Assembly (NCBI RefSeq): GCF_006345805.1
Contig: NC_042999.1
Coordinates: forward strand, 157,852,001 to 157,916,000
Direction: 5' to 3'
DNA length: 64,000 nt
Origin: Octopus sinensis
Taxonomy: Eukaryota
In this document: one piece after another, positions 13,017 to 26,265 of the stretch
Layout: each line of letters opens with the position of its first letter
How positions within the stretch are numbered: position 1 is the stretch's first letter
Notes under the pieces: model-generated
Told to the model about the DNA's origin: nothing
Seen by the model: only the letters and a program-made list of their open reading frames with translations
Database searches by the model: none
Made by a program: the position numbers and the translations under genes

Positions 13017-13081
<65 letters not shown>

Positions 13082-13087
13082 ACAGTA

Positions 13088-13350
13088 TCACCGTATTGAC
13101 CAGACTACCGGATGTTGTTATACACTGCTGGTCACAATGCGCTTCATATTGTTTTAGCCTTCAAGTGATGCTACCCCTGATCAGAAGAATATTCCGTCGC
13201 ATGGTTACCTGTTTATATAGCCCGGTGGACTGGAGCAATGTGAAAATGAAGTGCTTTGCTCAAGAACACAATGCGTCTCTCGGTCTGCGAATCGAACGCA
13301 TGGTGTAGCACTCGTGGGTACAACACACTAACCACCAGGCTACGCGCGTT
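13088..13350 (-). mobile_element. SINE, head C plus tail 1 (degenerate)
   Basis: Head resembles 41744-41880 (GTGTTCTTGAGCAAAGCACTT..TTGCTCCAGTCCAC); tail resembles 4262-4350. Confidence 0.75.
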
Positions 13351-13497
13351 CACACACACACACACGCACACACACGCGCGCGCATGCATGCATGAACATT
13401 TAAATATCCATATACATGTGTGTGTATGTACATACACATAGATATATGTTTATAAATATACAGATGTTTATATACACACATATGAATCCATATGTGC

Positions 13498-13544
<47 letters not shown>

Positions 13545-13552
<8 letters not shown>

Positions 13553-13745
13553 ATCCAACAAGAAAGCACAAAAACACAACACACGCGAGGACGTGGAACA
13601 AATATAGTATTATTGGACGCTCAGGAAAGAAGGAAAGGAAGGTTTAACGTTTCGAGCAGAGCTCTTCGTTGGAAACATAGGAGAAGGAAGGATCCAGAGA
13701 AGGAAGACAGAGGGAAAAAAATCGCCAACGGTACACACGAGGTCA
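13545..13745 (-). mobile_element. Repeat family E (PLE terminal-repeat-like unit with hammerhead motif)
   Basis: Homologous to 16283-16497 and 31333-31520; GTTT-CCAACGA-A-GAGC-TCT-GCTC-GAAA-CGTT-AAAC. Confidence 0.7.
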
Positions 13746-13805
13746 CATTATTATATATATATATATATATATAATATATATATATATATACTATATATGG
13801 ATATA

Positions 13806-13847
<42 letters not shown>

Positions 13848-14269
13848 CAACATATATATATATATATTGTGTGTGTGTGTGTGTACGTAGATGTATACAT
13901 GCATGTGTACATATGGATTCATATGTGTGTATATAAACATATGTATATTTATAAGCATATATCTATGTGTATATACATACATACACACATATATATGAGT
14001 GTGTGTGTGTGTGTATGTTAATAAGAGAAAATGGATAGATAAATAGATATACCTCATTTACTGAGGAATATTCGTGAACCCAAAATTGTTTTTAATGTAT
14101 GTAACATTCAGCAATGAACAACCGGTAATGTAGTGCTGAAACAAGTGCAGTGATATGTAATAAATCATGTTCAAATCCCTCTTCTTTTATTAATATATCA
14201 GTATATACTCTATTTCCCCAAGAATATCCAATGACAAGAACCCTCATTGTATGATAGTATTTGGTAGCT

Positions 14270-14815
14270 AATATCCGTAGAGTATATATACACAACGCCA
14301 GCAAACACGTAAAATTTGAAATTGAACACCTGGACGAGTCTGGAACCCTCTCTCGGCTCGATTTTCAACTCAGGGTTTCAAGGAGGGTTCTATATATACC
14401 AGCTTTCATAAGAACGCTACCAATAGGAACCTGTGCGTGCCGTGTGAGTTTGCCCGCCAGAGACAAAGCGGTATACGTGCCAAAAGAAATTGCGTGTATA
14501 AACATCATCCGCAGCGACGCAGCTGAGAAAGCTACCAACACCAAGCGGTTCCACAAGATCTTGATAATAAACAACGGCTGTCCTCCATTTTTAGCCGAAC
14601 GACTGCGGTTTAAACAACGTGGAAGTTAGTGTATTTCATAAGAAGGCCTATACTAAAACGCCCGACGGGCTTTCTAAAACTACCCTATTTCGACAACAGA
14701 ACCGCTACTGCTGTACATCATGCAATCCACAGGGTGGGACTTAACATACAGATTGTGTGCTCCGGTCAATCTCCGAGGAAATGTCTGTGTAGAAGTCATA
14801 ACACAAAGATATATG
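14270..14815 (+). pseudogene. PLE reverse-transcriptase thumb/linker fragment
   Basis: VKFEIEHLDESGTLSRLDF, FHKILIINNGCPPFL, LPYFDNRT..LNIQIV resemble the PLE RT C-terminal region. Confidence 0.65.
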
Positions 14816-14820
14816 TAGGA

Positions 14821-14979
14821 GTAGGAGTAGCTGTGTAGTAAGTGACTTGCTTACGAACCACATGGTTCCGGGTTCAGTCCTACTGCGTGGCACCTTGGAC
14901 AAGTGTCTTCTACTATAGTCTCGGGCCGACCAAAGCCTCGTGAGCGGATTTGGTAGACGGAAACTGAAAGAAGCCCGTC

Positions 14980-15023
<44 letters not shown>

Positions 15024-15257
15024 TGTGTGTGTGTGTGTTGTGTGTGTGTGTGTATAAGGTTGTGTGTCTGTGTTTGTTCCCCCCCAACATCGCTTGACAA
15101 CCGATGCTGGCGTGTTTACGTCCCCGTAACTTAGCAGTTCGGCAAAAGAGACTGATAGAATAAGTACTAGGCTTACAAAGAATAAGTCCTGGCGTCGACT
15201 AAAGGCGGTGCTCCAGTATGGCCACAGTCAAATGACTGAAACAAGTAAAAGAGTAAA
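14821..15257 (+). mobile_element. SINE family A
   Basis: Head, internal microsatellite and tail GGCGGTGCTCCAGTATGGCCACAGTCAAATGACTGAAACAAGTAAAAGAG. Confidence 0.9.
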
Positions 15258-15914
15258 AGAACATCGTAGAATGAGCACTATGTATTGCTCCGTCAACAAT
15301 TTCACAATGTGCTCGAGAGACTACGTGATATACGAGGAAGTCTGCAATAAATGAAGTGTATCCTATAGGGGGAGAATCAGCAAAAAAAAAAAAAACCCCC
15401 CAAAAACTGCACATTCTCATCAATCCGCAACACCGACAGAAGAGCCAAACATACGATTCCAGTATTCATCAGGGCCATGCAATATAATACGGGCATTCTT
15501 GGAATCGTAGAGGCCTTCCTTCTTAACAATCTGAGACCAACTAAAAAAGAACAGGAAAGAATTACAAAAACAAACTGGTGAAAAGAACGACACCAGTCTG
15601 AGCATGTCACCCCGCCAACCCAATGCATCTAAGCAACGACTATTCCATCCTTCATTTCTCCACATGTCCAGCAGAAGGGGCGATAACCCCGGAAAATAAG
15701 GTAAAACTCCAACTGTCTTTTTCGTAGTTAACTTTGTATTCCATCTCGCATTGTTTCGGCGTTATCTTACAAGTGAATCTAAGACACACAGACTTACAAA
15801 CATACGCACATGTATGAGTACATATTGATATGCAAATATATAAATTTCTATGCATATATTCGGGAATATCTATACAAATGTATATGCATATATATATGAT
15901 AGATCGTTAGCCAC

Positions 15915-16090
15915 TACACACATTTTTTTCTCTCCTTGTTGCTCTCCTTGTTTTTTCTGTGTCCCTTTCTGTAGAAGAGCGTGGGCTCGAAAGGTAAAAT
16001 ACTTTTTCTATTCCTGAGCGTTATACTAATACATCTGTTTGTTTTGTACACCACCTGTTTTCGTCTTTTGTTTTTTTCGTAAACTCTCCT
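15915..16090 (+). mobile_element. Repeat family F (PLE terminal-repeat-like unit with hammerhead-like motif)
   Basis: CTTT-CTGTAGA-A-GAGC-GTGG-GCTC-GAAA-GGTA-AAAT; homologous to 40470-40630, 40700-40857 and 45075-45260. Confidence 0.65.
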
Positions 16091-16282
16091 ATATATATAT
16101 GTGTATGTGGGGCGTGTGTGTGTGTCTATGTGTGTGTATGTATATATATAATATATATATATCATATATATATATATATCATATATATATATATATCATA
16201 TATATACTATATCATGTATATGTACACACACATGCACAGACACACACACCACACACACACACCACACACACACACATATATG

Positions 16283-16497
16283 TGACCGCGTGTGTATCGT
16301 TGGTGATTTTTTTCCCTCCGTCTTCCCTTCCTTGGATCTTTCCTTTTTCTGTTTCTGACGGAGAGCTGCGCTCGAAAGAAACGTTAAATCCTCCATCTTT
16401 CTTTCCTTTCCCGAGTGTCCAATAACACTATACTTGTTCCACGTCCTCGCGTTGTTGTGTTTTCTCTTTGTATTTTCATGTTTGGATTAACTATATG
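16283..16497 (+). mobile_element. Repeat family E copy
   Basis: GTTT-CTGACGG-A-GAGC-TGC-GCTC-GAAAGAAA-CGTT-AAAT at 16351-16389. Confidence 0.7.
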
Positions 16498-16849
16498 TAT
16501 ATATACATTTAGAATGAGAGATAGGCATACACATATAGATGTGTGTTTTTTGTGTGTGTGTTTGTGTGTGAGTGTTTGTGTGTGTGCGTGTGTGTGCGTG
16601 CGCGTGTGGATAGAAGCGATCATAATTACTCTCAGGAATACCTAGCACATTTAATATACATTTCTTCGTCTCTGTTATCCAAATGCACATCAATGACACG
16701 AACTTCCGTTAGCACATTTTTGTTTTAATAATGGCAAATTTCCGCAGAAAGTAGGTGTTCGGTATTCTCTATTTTTCTTAATCTTATGTCTGACAGGAGT
16801 CAGGTTAGGATAATTGCTGTGCTGATGGCGTATTTGAAGGCAGAAACAC

Positions 16850-16850
<1 letters not shown>

Positions 16851-16880
<30 letters not shown>

Positions 16881-17100
16881 TGTATGTATGTATGTATGTA
16901 TGTATGTATGTATGTATGTATGTATGTATGTATGTGTATGTATGCATGTATGTATGTGTATGTATGCATGTATGTATGTATGTATGTATGTATGTATGTA
17001 TGTATGTATGTATGTATGTGTATGTATGTATGTATGTATGTGTATGTATGCATGTATGTATGTATGTATGCATGCATGCATGCATGCATGTATGTATGTA
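16851..17100. repeat. (TATG)n microsatellite
   Basis: Direct reading. Confidence 0.95.
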
Positions 17101-17344
17101 CTCTTTTATTCTTTTACTTGTTTCAGTCAATTGACTACGGCCGTGCTGGGGCACCACTTGAAGGAATAAATCGACGATAGGACTTATTCTTTATAAGAAG
17201 TCTACTACTTATTCTGTCGGTCTCTTTTGCCGAACCGCCAAGTTGCGGGGGCGTAAACACACCAACATCGTTTGTCGAACGGGAGACAAACACAGACACA
17301 AACACAAATACATACATACATACATACATACATACATACATACA

Positions 17345-17378
<34 letters not shown>

Positions 17379-17521
17379 CACGACGAACCTCTTTGAACTT
17401 CCTTCTACCAAATCCACTCACAAGGCTATATAGTAGAAGACACTTGTTCAATGTGCTACGAAGTGGGATTGAAACCGGAACCATGTGGCTGAGAAGCAAG
17501 CTTGTCACCACACAGCTTCAT
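17100..17521 (-). mobile_element. SINE family A
   Basis: Reverse-complement match; internal tract expanded to (CATA)n. Confidence 0.85.
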
Positions 17522-17679
17522 CTATATATTAATACACACGCACACACACATATGTATATACATACGTATAAATGTGTGTGCATATATATATATAGTGATA
17601 TATATGCACATATACATATGTATATGTATACATACAAACATACATAGATGTATGTATGCATGTGTGTGTGCATATGTAT

Positions 17680-17738
<59 letters not shown>

Positions 17739-18448
17739 CGAGAAGGATGGTGCTAGGTTATTGCTATTATTGCTATGCACCAGTACAAATAGTTTGCATA
17801 GTATAAAGTTTATAAGCATGAAGTATGTTTCGTATAATGGAAAACGAAAGCGGCATATACAAATTTGATGTGTATATGTGTATGTATGTGTGTTTGTGCG
17901 TGCATGCGTTTGTATACATACAGATGCGTAAACACATAAATACCTACATATCTATGTCTGTTTGTGCGTATATTACTTGAAAACTCTGTTTTCGCATATT
18001 TTTATTAAAAACTGCATTAACGCACTTTCGTATGCTAATAAATTTTATAGGCTTTTTGGGGGATGAAGTATTCATTTTAAAAGTTTTCACATAATTCTAT
18101 GTAACGGTTGTCCACATAGTAATTGTCTTTGATATATGTTTGCTTAAAGTTAGTGCACAGAGATGCTATACATTCGTAGGAAATGGGGTTCCAGACGGCG
18201 TTAACCAAACAAAATAACTTCACTCTGGATTGAGAATCACTTAACTGTATGTAATATGTAGCCTTGTAGTATAGTTTATAGCTACGTAGTTCTTTAAAGT
18301 ATACACAGAATATAACCATATTGGTATGTTTCGATTTGAAGACGCGTAAGCATAGCAGTGTCTGGTTCAGAAGCTTGCTTCTTTAGCCTCAGCCAACCAA
18401 TGCCTTGAGAGTGAAAATGCTTGGAAGTTCGTCATATATATATATATA

Positions 18449-18858
18449 CTCTTACTCTTTTACTTTTTTACTTGTTTCAGTCATTTGACTGCGGTCATGC
18501 TGGAGTACCGCCTTTTAGTCGGGCAACTCGACCCCGGGACTTATTCTTTGTAAGCCTAGTACTTATTCTAGCGGTCTCTTTTGCCGAACCGCTAAGGGAC
18601 GGGGACGTAAACACACCTGAATTGGTTGTCAAGCAATGCTAGGGGGACAAACACAGACAAACACACACACATATATACATATATATATACATATATACGA
18701 CAGGCTTCTTTCAGTTTCCGTCAACCAAATCCACTCACAAGGCATTGGTCGGCCCGGGGCTATAGCAGAAGACACTTGCCCAAGATGCCACGCAGTGGTA
18801 CTGAACCCGGAACCATGTGGTTGGTTAGCAAGCTACTTACCACACAGCCACTCCTATA
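18449..18858 (-). mobile_element. SINE family A
   Basis: Full-length reverse-complement match. Confidence 0.9.
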
Positions 18859-18871
18859 TATATATATTCTG

Positions 18872-19228
18872 CAACTTATTTCAGTCATTTAACTGCCTTT
18901 AATCGAACAAACCGTCTCCTGGACTTATCTTTGAAGCCTAGTACTTATTGTATCGGTCACTTTTGCCGAACCACTAAGTTATGGAGAAGTATACACATCA
19001 ACACCGGTTGTCAAGTGGGATGGGGTTCAAACACAGACGCGAAGAGATACACACACAAACCACATATAAGACAGCCTTTTTTCAGTTTCCGTCTACCAAA
19101 TCAACTCACAAGGCTTTGGTCGGCCCGAGGCTATAGTAGAAGACACCTGTCCAAGGTGCTACGTAGTGGGACTGAACTCGGGACCATGTGGTATGGAAGA
19201 AATATTCTTACCACACAGCCACACCTAT
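18872..19228 (-). mobile_element. SINE family A (older, tandem to the previous copy)
   Basis: Degenerate reverse-complement match. Confidence 0.8.
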
Positions 19229-19245
19229 ATATATATATATAAATA

Positions 19246-19281
<36 letters not shown>

Positions 19282-19315
19282 TGTATGTATGTATGTATGT
19301 ATACCATTTTATAAG

Positions 19316-19351
<36 letters not shown>

Positions 19352-19451
19352 GTGGCTAAATATTTTTCAGCAGCAGTTGTGTGTGGATGCTTCATCGGGT
19401 GGAATGCGATCAAAACGCCGTCTGATTTTTGTGAATCCTCTAGGTATACGA

Positions 19452-21960
19452 TGTACATTACTCACCACCAATCAAATTATTACATTCCGGAATATAATAA
19501 TTTGATTGGTGGAGAGTAATGTAAGATATATATCATTAAATTTGAGGGTAGATATAGGATTCCGAAGGATAACCCGAATATGTTTGACGTTACTATGGGT
19601 TCTACGGATTCGGCGCAGGTTATTGATTTGGTGGGAATTTATATATTGTTTTCTCTAAATAGACAATTCCTTGAAACAGCAGGAAGTTAGAATAGGGATG
19701 ATGCGCTTTTTACAACTGTAAACACATCTAGCAGAATGTTGGAAATATATTGATAGAAAGTTTTTAAGTTCTTTAAAAATATAGGTCTATCTATAACGGT
19801 AGAAAATGGAGCATGTTAACTGCTTAGATCTTACGTAGGAGAATAAAAATGGAATTTATAAACTCTTTCATAAGCCTAATGAAAACATAAAATATATAAA
19901 TATTGGAAATAATCACCCCAAATTAGTAACAAATTCACTAATAAAGAACGTTTCGTCTAGAATAAATAAATTATCAGCCAATGAGAATATTTTCAAATGA
20001 AGACAACTATAATTTGGCACTTCAGAAAGCGAGTATAATGATAGAATTAAGTTTAATAAGTCGCATATCGAATCAGATTTAAATAGTAATTTTAATATTG
20101 CAGAGCTAAAATCTTGTACTATAAACAAATCTACTTATAACAAATATAGTAATGGAAATTATAATCAAATATTGAAGTTGATAAAATGACAAGAGTAGGT
20201 GGTAAACAAATGAACAATTTTTTTATAACAAAAGTAAAAATAGTAAGATTGTTGATAACCGGGCTAAATATTCTCGTACTGCAAATGAAAATGGAGATGT
20301 AGTATTCTTAAATAAAATCTCAAATTCTTTTAATATAAAATCGGCTAAACGATTTAAAGATGAAAATAAAAGTAAAATAGGAGCTAACTTTAAAATAGAT
20401 GCAAATCAGAGAAAACTTACTCCTTCGAATAGCGAGTATAAACTTCAAAATTCTTATCTTAATCGATGAATACTTTATGGTTAATAGTTGCGTTTGGTAA
20501 TCAGTTAAATTACAATTTTTCAAAATTGTTTAATATAGTTATTCAAAGATATTTTCCAAGAAATCACAAATATTGCAAAATTTTTAAACGACATAACATT
20601 AGATCGGTTTGTTGTCGTAATATTGCTCAAATTATAGCTGCACTTAATGTTAAAGCAAAATCGAAATTTCAAAAAAAAAACAACAAAAAAAAGCAATTAC
20701 AACCAGAATAGTGTAATAAATTCGAACCATAATAACGTCAAACGGAATAAAGAAGCTCGTATAGAAGGGAACACTAGGAAATTAAATGTCGTGGAAAGGA
20801 AAACAACCCAATTTAACATAAATAATAACATCAAATCGAATAAAAGTTCAGCTAGAAATAGAACAAAGATCATATTATCTAAAGGAGTAAATGGTAATAA
20901 GGAACTTGGTGGAAATGAATTTAATTCTATAATGAATGATCAAATTGAAACTAAATCCCGAGGGAAATATAAAAGGCTATCTTTGCAATTATTCTAAATG
21001 GGAATCCTGTTACGTGGAAAATAACTATAAAACTAAAAATTTAACATATAGATGTATAATTAAATCTGAGGGTAAGGAATTCTTTTACATCGGTAGGACA
21101 TCTTTAATTTTCAAGCGGAGACTGGCATATCATTTGAGTTCATTTTAAGACAAAAATAAAGGTTCCAAATGAGTCTTAGGAAATTAATCTGGTCTTTTAA
21201 GGAGAGTAACAAAAACTATACGATTAAATGTTGCAAGAAAAGAAAAAATTGCAACGGATAGTACAGCAAGATATTTTTAAATCGGTGAATACGTATTTGT
21301 GAGGGCATAAAAAATGGAAAAGAAAGTTGGGAAGATAGCGTGATTACCAAACGCATAAAAAAAATGGTATATAAGAGACACATGAACCAAGAGAGACTGG
21401 GAGAACCAGTGGAATGGCTATATCTTACTTTTCAAGTACCAATGCTACTACAGGTGATTAAACCCAGACGCACAAGCGCAAGAAAAAGGAAATGTATGAG
21501 GTTCTTGGAAGAGAATGTCAATCGAAAAGAAAAAAATAAATCTGTAACTGTATGAAAAAACTAAAAAAAGAGAGGTGGGGGTGATGTAAAAACTGTTGCT
21601 ATTAAAAAAATAGAATTACACTCCCTAACAAAAAAAGAAAAACTTAAAAGGGGAGATGTTATGGGGGTAATAGTTATAATAGAACACGAGTGGTATGTGT
21701 TAGTCATTATAAGTACTGTCAGCCAGCGTTAGTGTAGTAAAGAGTACGGTCATAGATAGTCGTGGTCTTACTTGTCTAATTTACTATACTGCTATACTGG
21801 AGTGGGCTTTACAACAGTCCGACGAAGGATTACAACAGTGGTGACGTGGAATTAACAAACTCACAAGGAGTTATGATACTCACAAAAGTCTTTTGTGCGA
21901 ATTTTACGGGATATATAATCGTAAAATTATGCTACATAAAGACTATACACGATATAGTCT
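19452..21960 (+). mobile_element. Decayed PLE (RT motifs, linker, GIY-YIG, 3' region)
   Basis: FDVTMGSTDSAQVIDLVGIYIL, RDDALF, FKNIGLSIT, VNCLDLT, NHPKLV..RINKLSANE, YFPRNHKYCKIF, YRCIIK..FYIGRTSLIFKRRLAYHLSSF. Confidence 0.85.
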
Positions 21961-23374
21961 CAATCTATCTACACTGATGCATTTCCGATTCAATCTTCTT
22001 TTATGTTATCCTGTATTCCTCGAATAATCTACCTCATTCTCTCTCTTCGATGTTGGAACTGGTAAGTACTGTTATCTTTTCCTAAAGAATCCTTAATTCT
22101 TTCACGATGGAGCTGGTAAGTAGTAATGTCCTTTATTAAGTATATCCTTTAATTTTTCATCTCTGAACGCAGAATAGTTGGATTACATCGATATCTTTGC
22201 TCAATGATCTATACACCATGTGCGCAGCTATTCAAGAAACAGCTTATTTACTGTGACTTCTCTGAAACCATGTTTAAATTATAAATTACACGCTCTAAAG
22301 TGATTCCACATGTTTTGCTAGTTCGTTCTTTCTTCCTAATACACACATGCACACACATACACACATATATATATGTGTGTATATATATGTATACATATAC
22401 ATATGTATATATATGTATATTTATACATACATATATATATATATATATGCAAAAAAGGATGGAATATAATTAATTTAATAAAATTAACAAATTTCACCTA
22501 GTAGATTTATCGGTATGGAAAAGACCATATTTGGTAAGGGTTATAATAATTATAATCAAGGGTTAATTGCAACAAGTTGCTCAAAACCACATACCGAAAA
22601 TATTAGAAATAGCAGCCAAAATTGATCACTATTTCCTGTACTAATAAAAAATCTCCACAAACAAACAGAATTTGTAACCTGTATATGGCAAAAATAATTA
22701 TATATATATATATGTATTTATATGTTTGTATATGTATACATGCATACATAATTACACACACATACACTCATGCATACATGTATACATACATACGTACATA
22801 CCTACATATATAAGAGGTCTAGGCGTGGCTGAGTGGTATGAGCTTGTTGCAGTGTTGTTGGAAGACTCTAGGCCAACATTGTTCGGTACCCTTATGATCA
22901 ATATGTTTTTAGCTGTCATCAATTTGATTAGTTTTCATACAATACATGACTCTCGCTCATTTTTTTTTTTCATTTCAGTAGGTTGTAGTATGAAGGAGAT
23001 TTTACCTTTGTTCCTATATATCAAGTTGGTGATCTAGAATAAAAAAAAAAAAAACGAAAACTACTTAAAAACTACTAAATTATTGAATTGTTTTAGACAA
23101 AGGAAAATATCACATCAAAAGTAGGATACATATATATATATGTGTGTGCGTGTGTGTGTGTATATGCGTGCGTGTAGGATGATTGAAAGAGAGCGAGGTA
23201 GAGGTAGAGGTAGACAGAGAGGGAGATAGATTGATAGATAGATAGATAAAGAGAGAGAGAGAGAAAGAGGAAACACATACATACACAAAATATCTGCTTC
23301 GAGCGTCTTTTAATAAAAGTGTGTTTAGCCTGATGCAAATGGAAAATGACAAATAAATATAATTTATGAGAGCG

Positions 23375-23416
<42 letters not shown>

Positions 23417-23439
23417 ACACACACACAGACACACACACA

Positions 23440-23494
<55 letters not shown>

Positions 23495-23876
23495 ACGCAC
23501 ACACCGAATTCATATACAGGTTTTGCATATTTTATTATAAAAGACTGGTTTTCTATTATGGTTTCACTTGAAAGTAAGCTAATGAATTTTATACATTTTT
23601 GTTGAAGTATTCCTATTAAAAGGCTTCATATAATTTTATGCAATGCTAGTCAATATAGTGAGCTTTTGTTTTTTCAAATATGTTTCTGATAATTGTGTCT
23701 AGATGGCCTAATTTTTACAGGGAATGGTAGGAATATTGGATTGTGACGGCTTGTGTCGAATGTAATGTTTCACTTAGCAATAGGAACTGCTTTGCAGACA
23801 CAACTCGTCAAGTACTTAACACTACAATTCCCGGTTTGGTCGTTTTAGATATACTTTTACTAATAAGAGATACATA

Positions 23877-24740
23877 GGCGCAGGCGTGACTGTGCGTTAA
23901 GAAGCTTGCTTTCCAACCACAAGGTTCTGGGTTCAATCCCACTGCGTGACATCATATGCGTGTACCTTCTACTGTAATCCCGGGCCGACCAAAGCGTTTG
24001 TGAGTGGATTTGTTAGACGAAAACTGAAAGAAGCCCGTCTGTGTATGTGTGACAGTGTGTGTATAACATTGTGTTTGTGTTTGTACTTTACCACCGTTTC
24101 AATCGATGTTGGTTTATTATGTCCCCATAATATTCGGCGGATCGGTTTGAACGGCAGTTTTTAACATAATTTCTAGGTAACTAAAGAATTTTAAACTTCG
24201 TATACTGGTAGAATGTGTTTATAAAACATATTTTTCTCTTGGCTTTATTGAGAAAATTCTATAGTTTGTAAGATATTTGTTGTTGTTTTTCTTCAATTTC
24301 TGCAATTTCAACCAATCAATGACGTCTATTGAGTTAAAAAGCATTCTGTGCCGTATGAATATGTCCCTCGTTTAAGAAACAGATTGGGATTATTTACATT
24401 TGTGAAGAAAAAAAGATACTCTTCCCCCACCCCTAACTCTAACCCTAACCCTAACCCTAACCCTAATCCTAACCCTAACTAACCCTAACCCTAAATGAGA
24501 TTGAAATGCAATAGATCGATTCTAGGGTCATAATTATGGGTGACAATTTTATATGACACCGCTAGAAAAAACTGCCGTTCAAACCGAAAAGATCCTATTC
24601 GGCGATTCGGCAAAAAAATCCGTTACAATAAATACTAACTTTTAAAAAGTCGTACTAGTGTTGATTCGACCGACTTAACCTCTTCATGGTGGTGCTTCAA
24701 CATGACCGCAGTCTAATGACTGAAACAAGCAAAAGATAAA
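23877..24740 (+). mobile_element. SINE family A interrupted by a MITE
   Basis: 5' half 23877-24138, 3' half 24596-24740. Confidence 0.8.
24139..24595. mobile_element. MITE with about 25-bp TIRs, 8(-9)-bp TSD and internal (CCCTAA)n
   Basis: TIR GGATC..GGTTTGAACGGCAGTTTTT / AAAAACTGCCGTTCAAACC..GATCC; TSD TATTCGGC at 24131-24138 and 24596-24603; telomere-like repeats at about 24431-24494. Confidence 0.85.
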
Positions 24741-24900
24741 CAATTTCAGTATAGTTAGGAAATAAAGCAATCTTATTTATATTTTATTCAAGAGGAAAGG
24801 CAGTGACCATGATCCTTTTTGAGACGAGGAGGCGGAAGAGAGGAGTGTTATCTTAACTGGAGATCTGACCTAAATGTTTGCAACGGAGTTGAACCCGCTA

Positions 24901-25229
24901 ATGACTTATTCTTTGTAAGCCTAGTACTTATTATATCGGTCTCTCTTTTGCCGAACCGCTAAGTGACGGGGACGTAGACACACCAGCATCGGTTGTCAAG
25001 CAATGCTAGAGAGACAAACACAGACACACAAACACACACACATAATACATATATATATATATACATATATACGACAGGCTTCTTTCAGTTTCCGTCTACC
25101 AAATCCACTCACAAGGCATTGGTCGGCCCGAGGCTATAGTAGAAGACACTTGCCCAAGGTGCCACGCAGTGGGACTGAACCCGGAACCATGTGGCTGGTT
25201 AGCAAGCTACTTACCACACAGCTACTCCT
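24901..25229 (-). mobile_element. SINE family A (tail missing)
   Basis: Reverse-complement match. Confidence 0.85.
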
Positions 25230-25455
25230 GGTATCATTTTATCAATGAGGTGTGATGGGAAAGCATAGCTGACTCCAGCTAGATAAATACTTGAGGCAAT
25301 GAGGTAAGGGAACTACAATTTGTACTGAGTGAGTCATCTCCATTCACATTATTAGGCAGCCACAGAGAATCGAATCCATGATAAGGAACATCTGCAGCAA
25401 TTACAATTTAGGTAAAGAATATTGAAGGTTCCCGGCCGAAGCATCCTTTCTTTAT

Positions 25456-25856
25456 AGGCGCAGGAGTGGCTGTCTGGTAAGTAGCTTGCTAACCAACCAC
25501 ATGGTTCCGGGTTCAGTCCCACTGCGTGGCATCTTGGGCAAGTGTCTTCTGCTATAGCTCCGGGCCGACCAATGCCTTGTGAGTGGATTTGGTAAACGGA
25601 AACTGAAAGAATCCTGTCGTATATATGTATATAAATGTGTATGTGTGTGTGTTTGTGTGTGTGTGTTTGTCTCCCTAGCATTGCTTGACAACCGATGCTG
25701 GTGTGTTTACGTCCCCGTCACTTAGCGGTTCGGTAAAAGGGACCGATAGAATAAGTACTGGGCTTACAAAGAATAAGCCCCGGGGCCGATTTGCTCGACT
25801 AAAGGCGGTGCTCCAGCATGGCCGCAGTCAAATGACTGAAACAAGTAAAAGAGTAA
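25456..25856 (+). mobile_element. SINE family A, full length
   Basis: Complete head-body-tail match. Confidence 0.92.
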
Positions 25857-26265
25857 GATAAAGAGAGAGAGTTCCTTTCACTCCAAAACAAAAACAAACA
25901 AAAAGTACCGCTAACTAGTATATAGTTTCTTATCCAAATTGTACAACAATGTTTATAATAAATGGGAACTGCCCGTACATGTTTGTTTATATTTGTGTAT
26001 ATATTAGGGAATACTGCATTTAAGATATAGTTTATTCGTAACTGTTTAGATGCTTTAATTTCAGAAATCCAATATGGAAAAAGTAATTCAACCCGTAATT
26101 CTAAATTATGAGGGCACGTCAAATATCAAAAATAAAGTTTTAGTTGATTTAGTTTGAAGATTGTGAGTAAATACTGAGATCTAATAATTCCCATTTTTTT
26201 ATTGAAAACTTTTGAATGTGAAATATACGAAAGACTGTTACTTGAGAAATATTTGATGATTGGAA

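Noticed and set aside
21818-21900. CCGACGAAGG as a hammerhead start at the PLE 3' end
   Set aside because: No matching stem II-GAAA-NUH could be found downstream by eye
22040-22110. Two CTG/GTAAGT donor-like motifs on the + strand
   Set aside because: Part of a short local repeat; no convincing acceptor or open exon upstream
24431-24494. (CCCTAA)n as a true telomere or fusion scar
   Set aside because: Short, single orientation and enclosed by MITE TIRs and TSD
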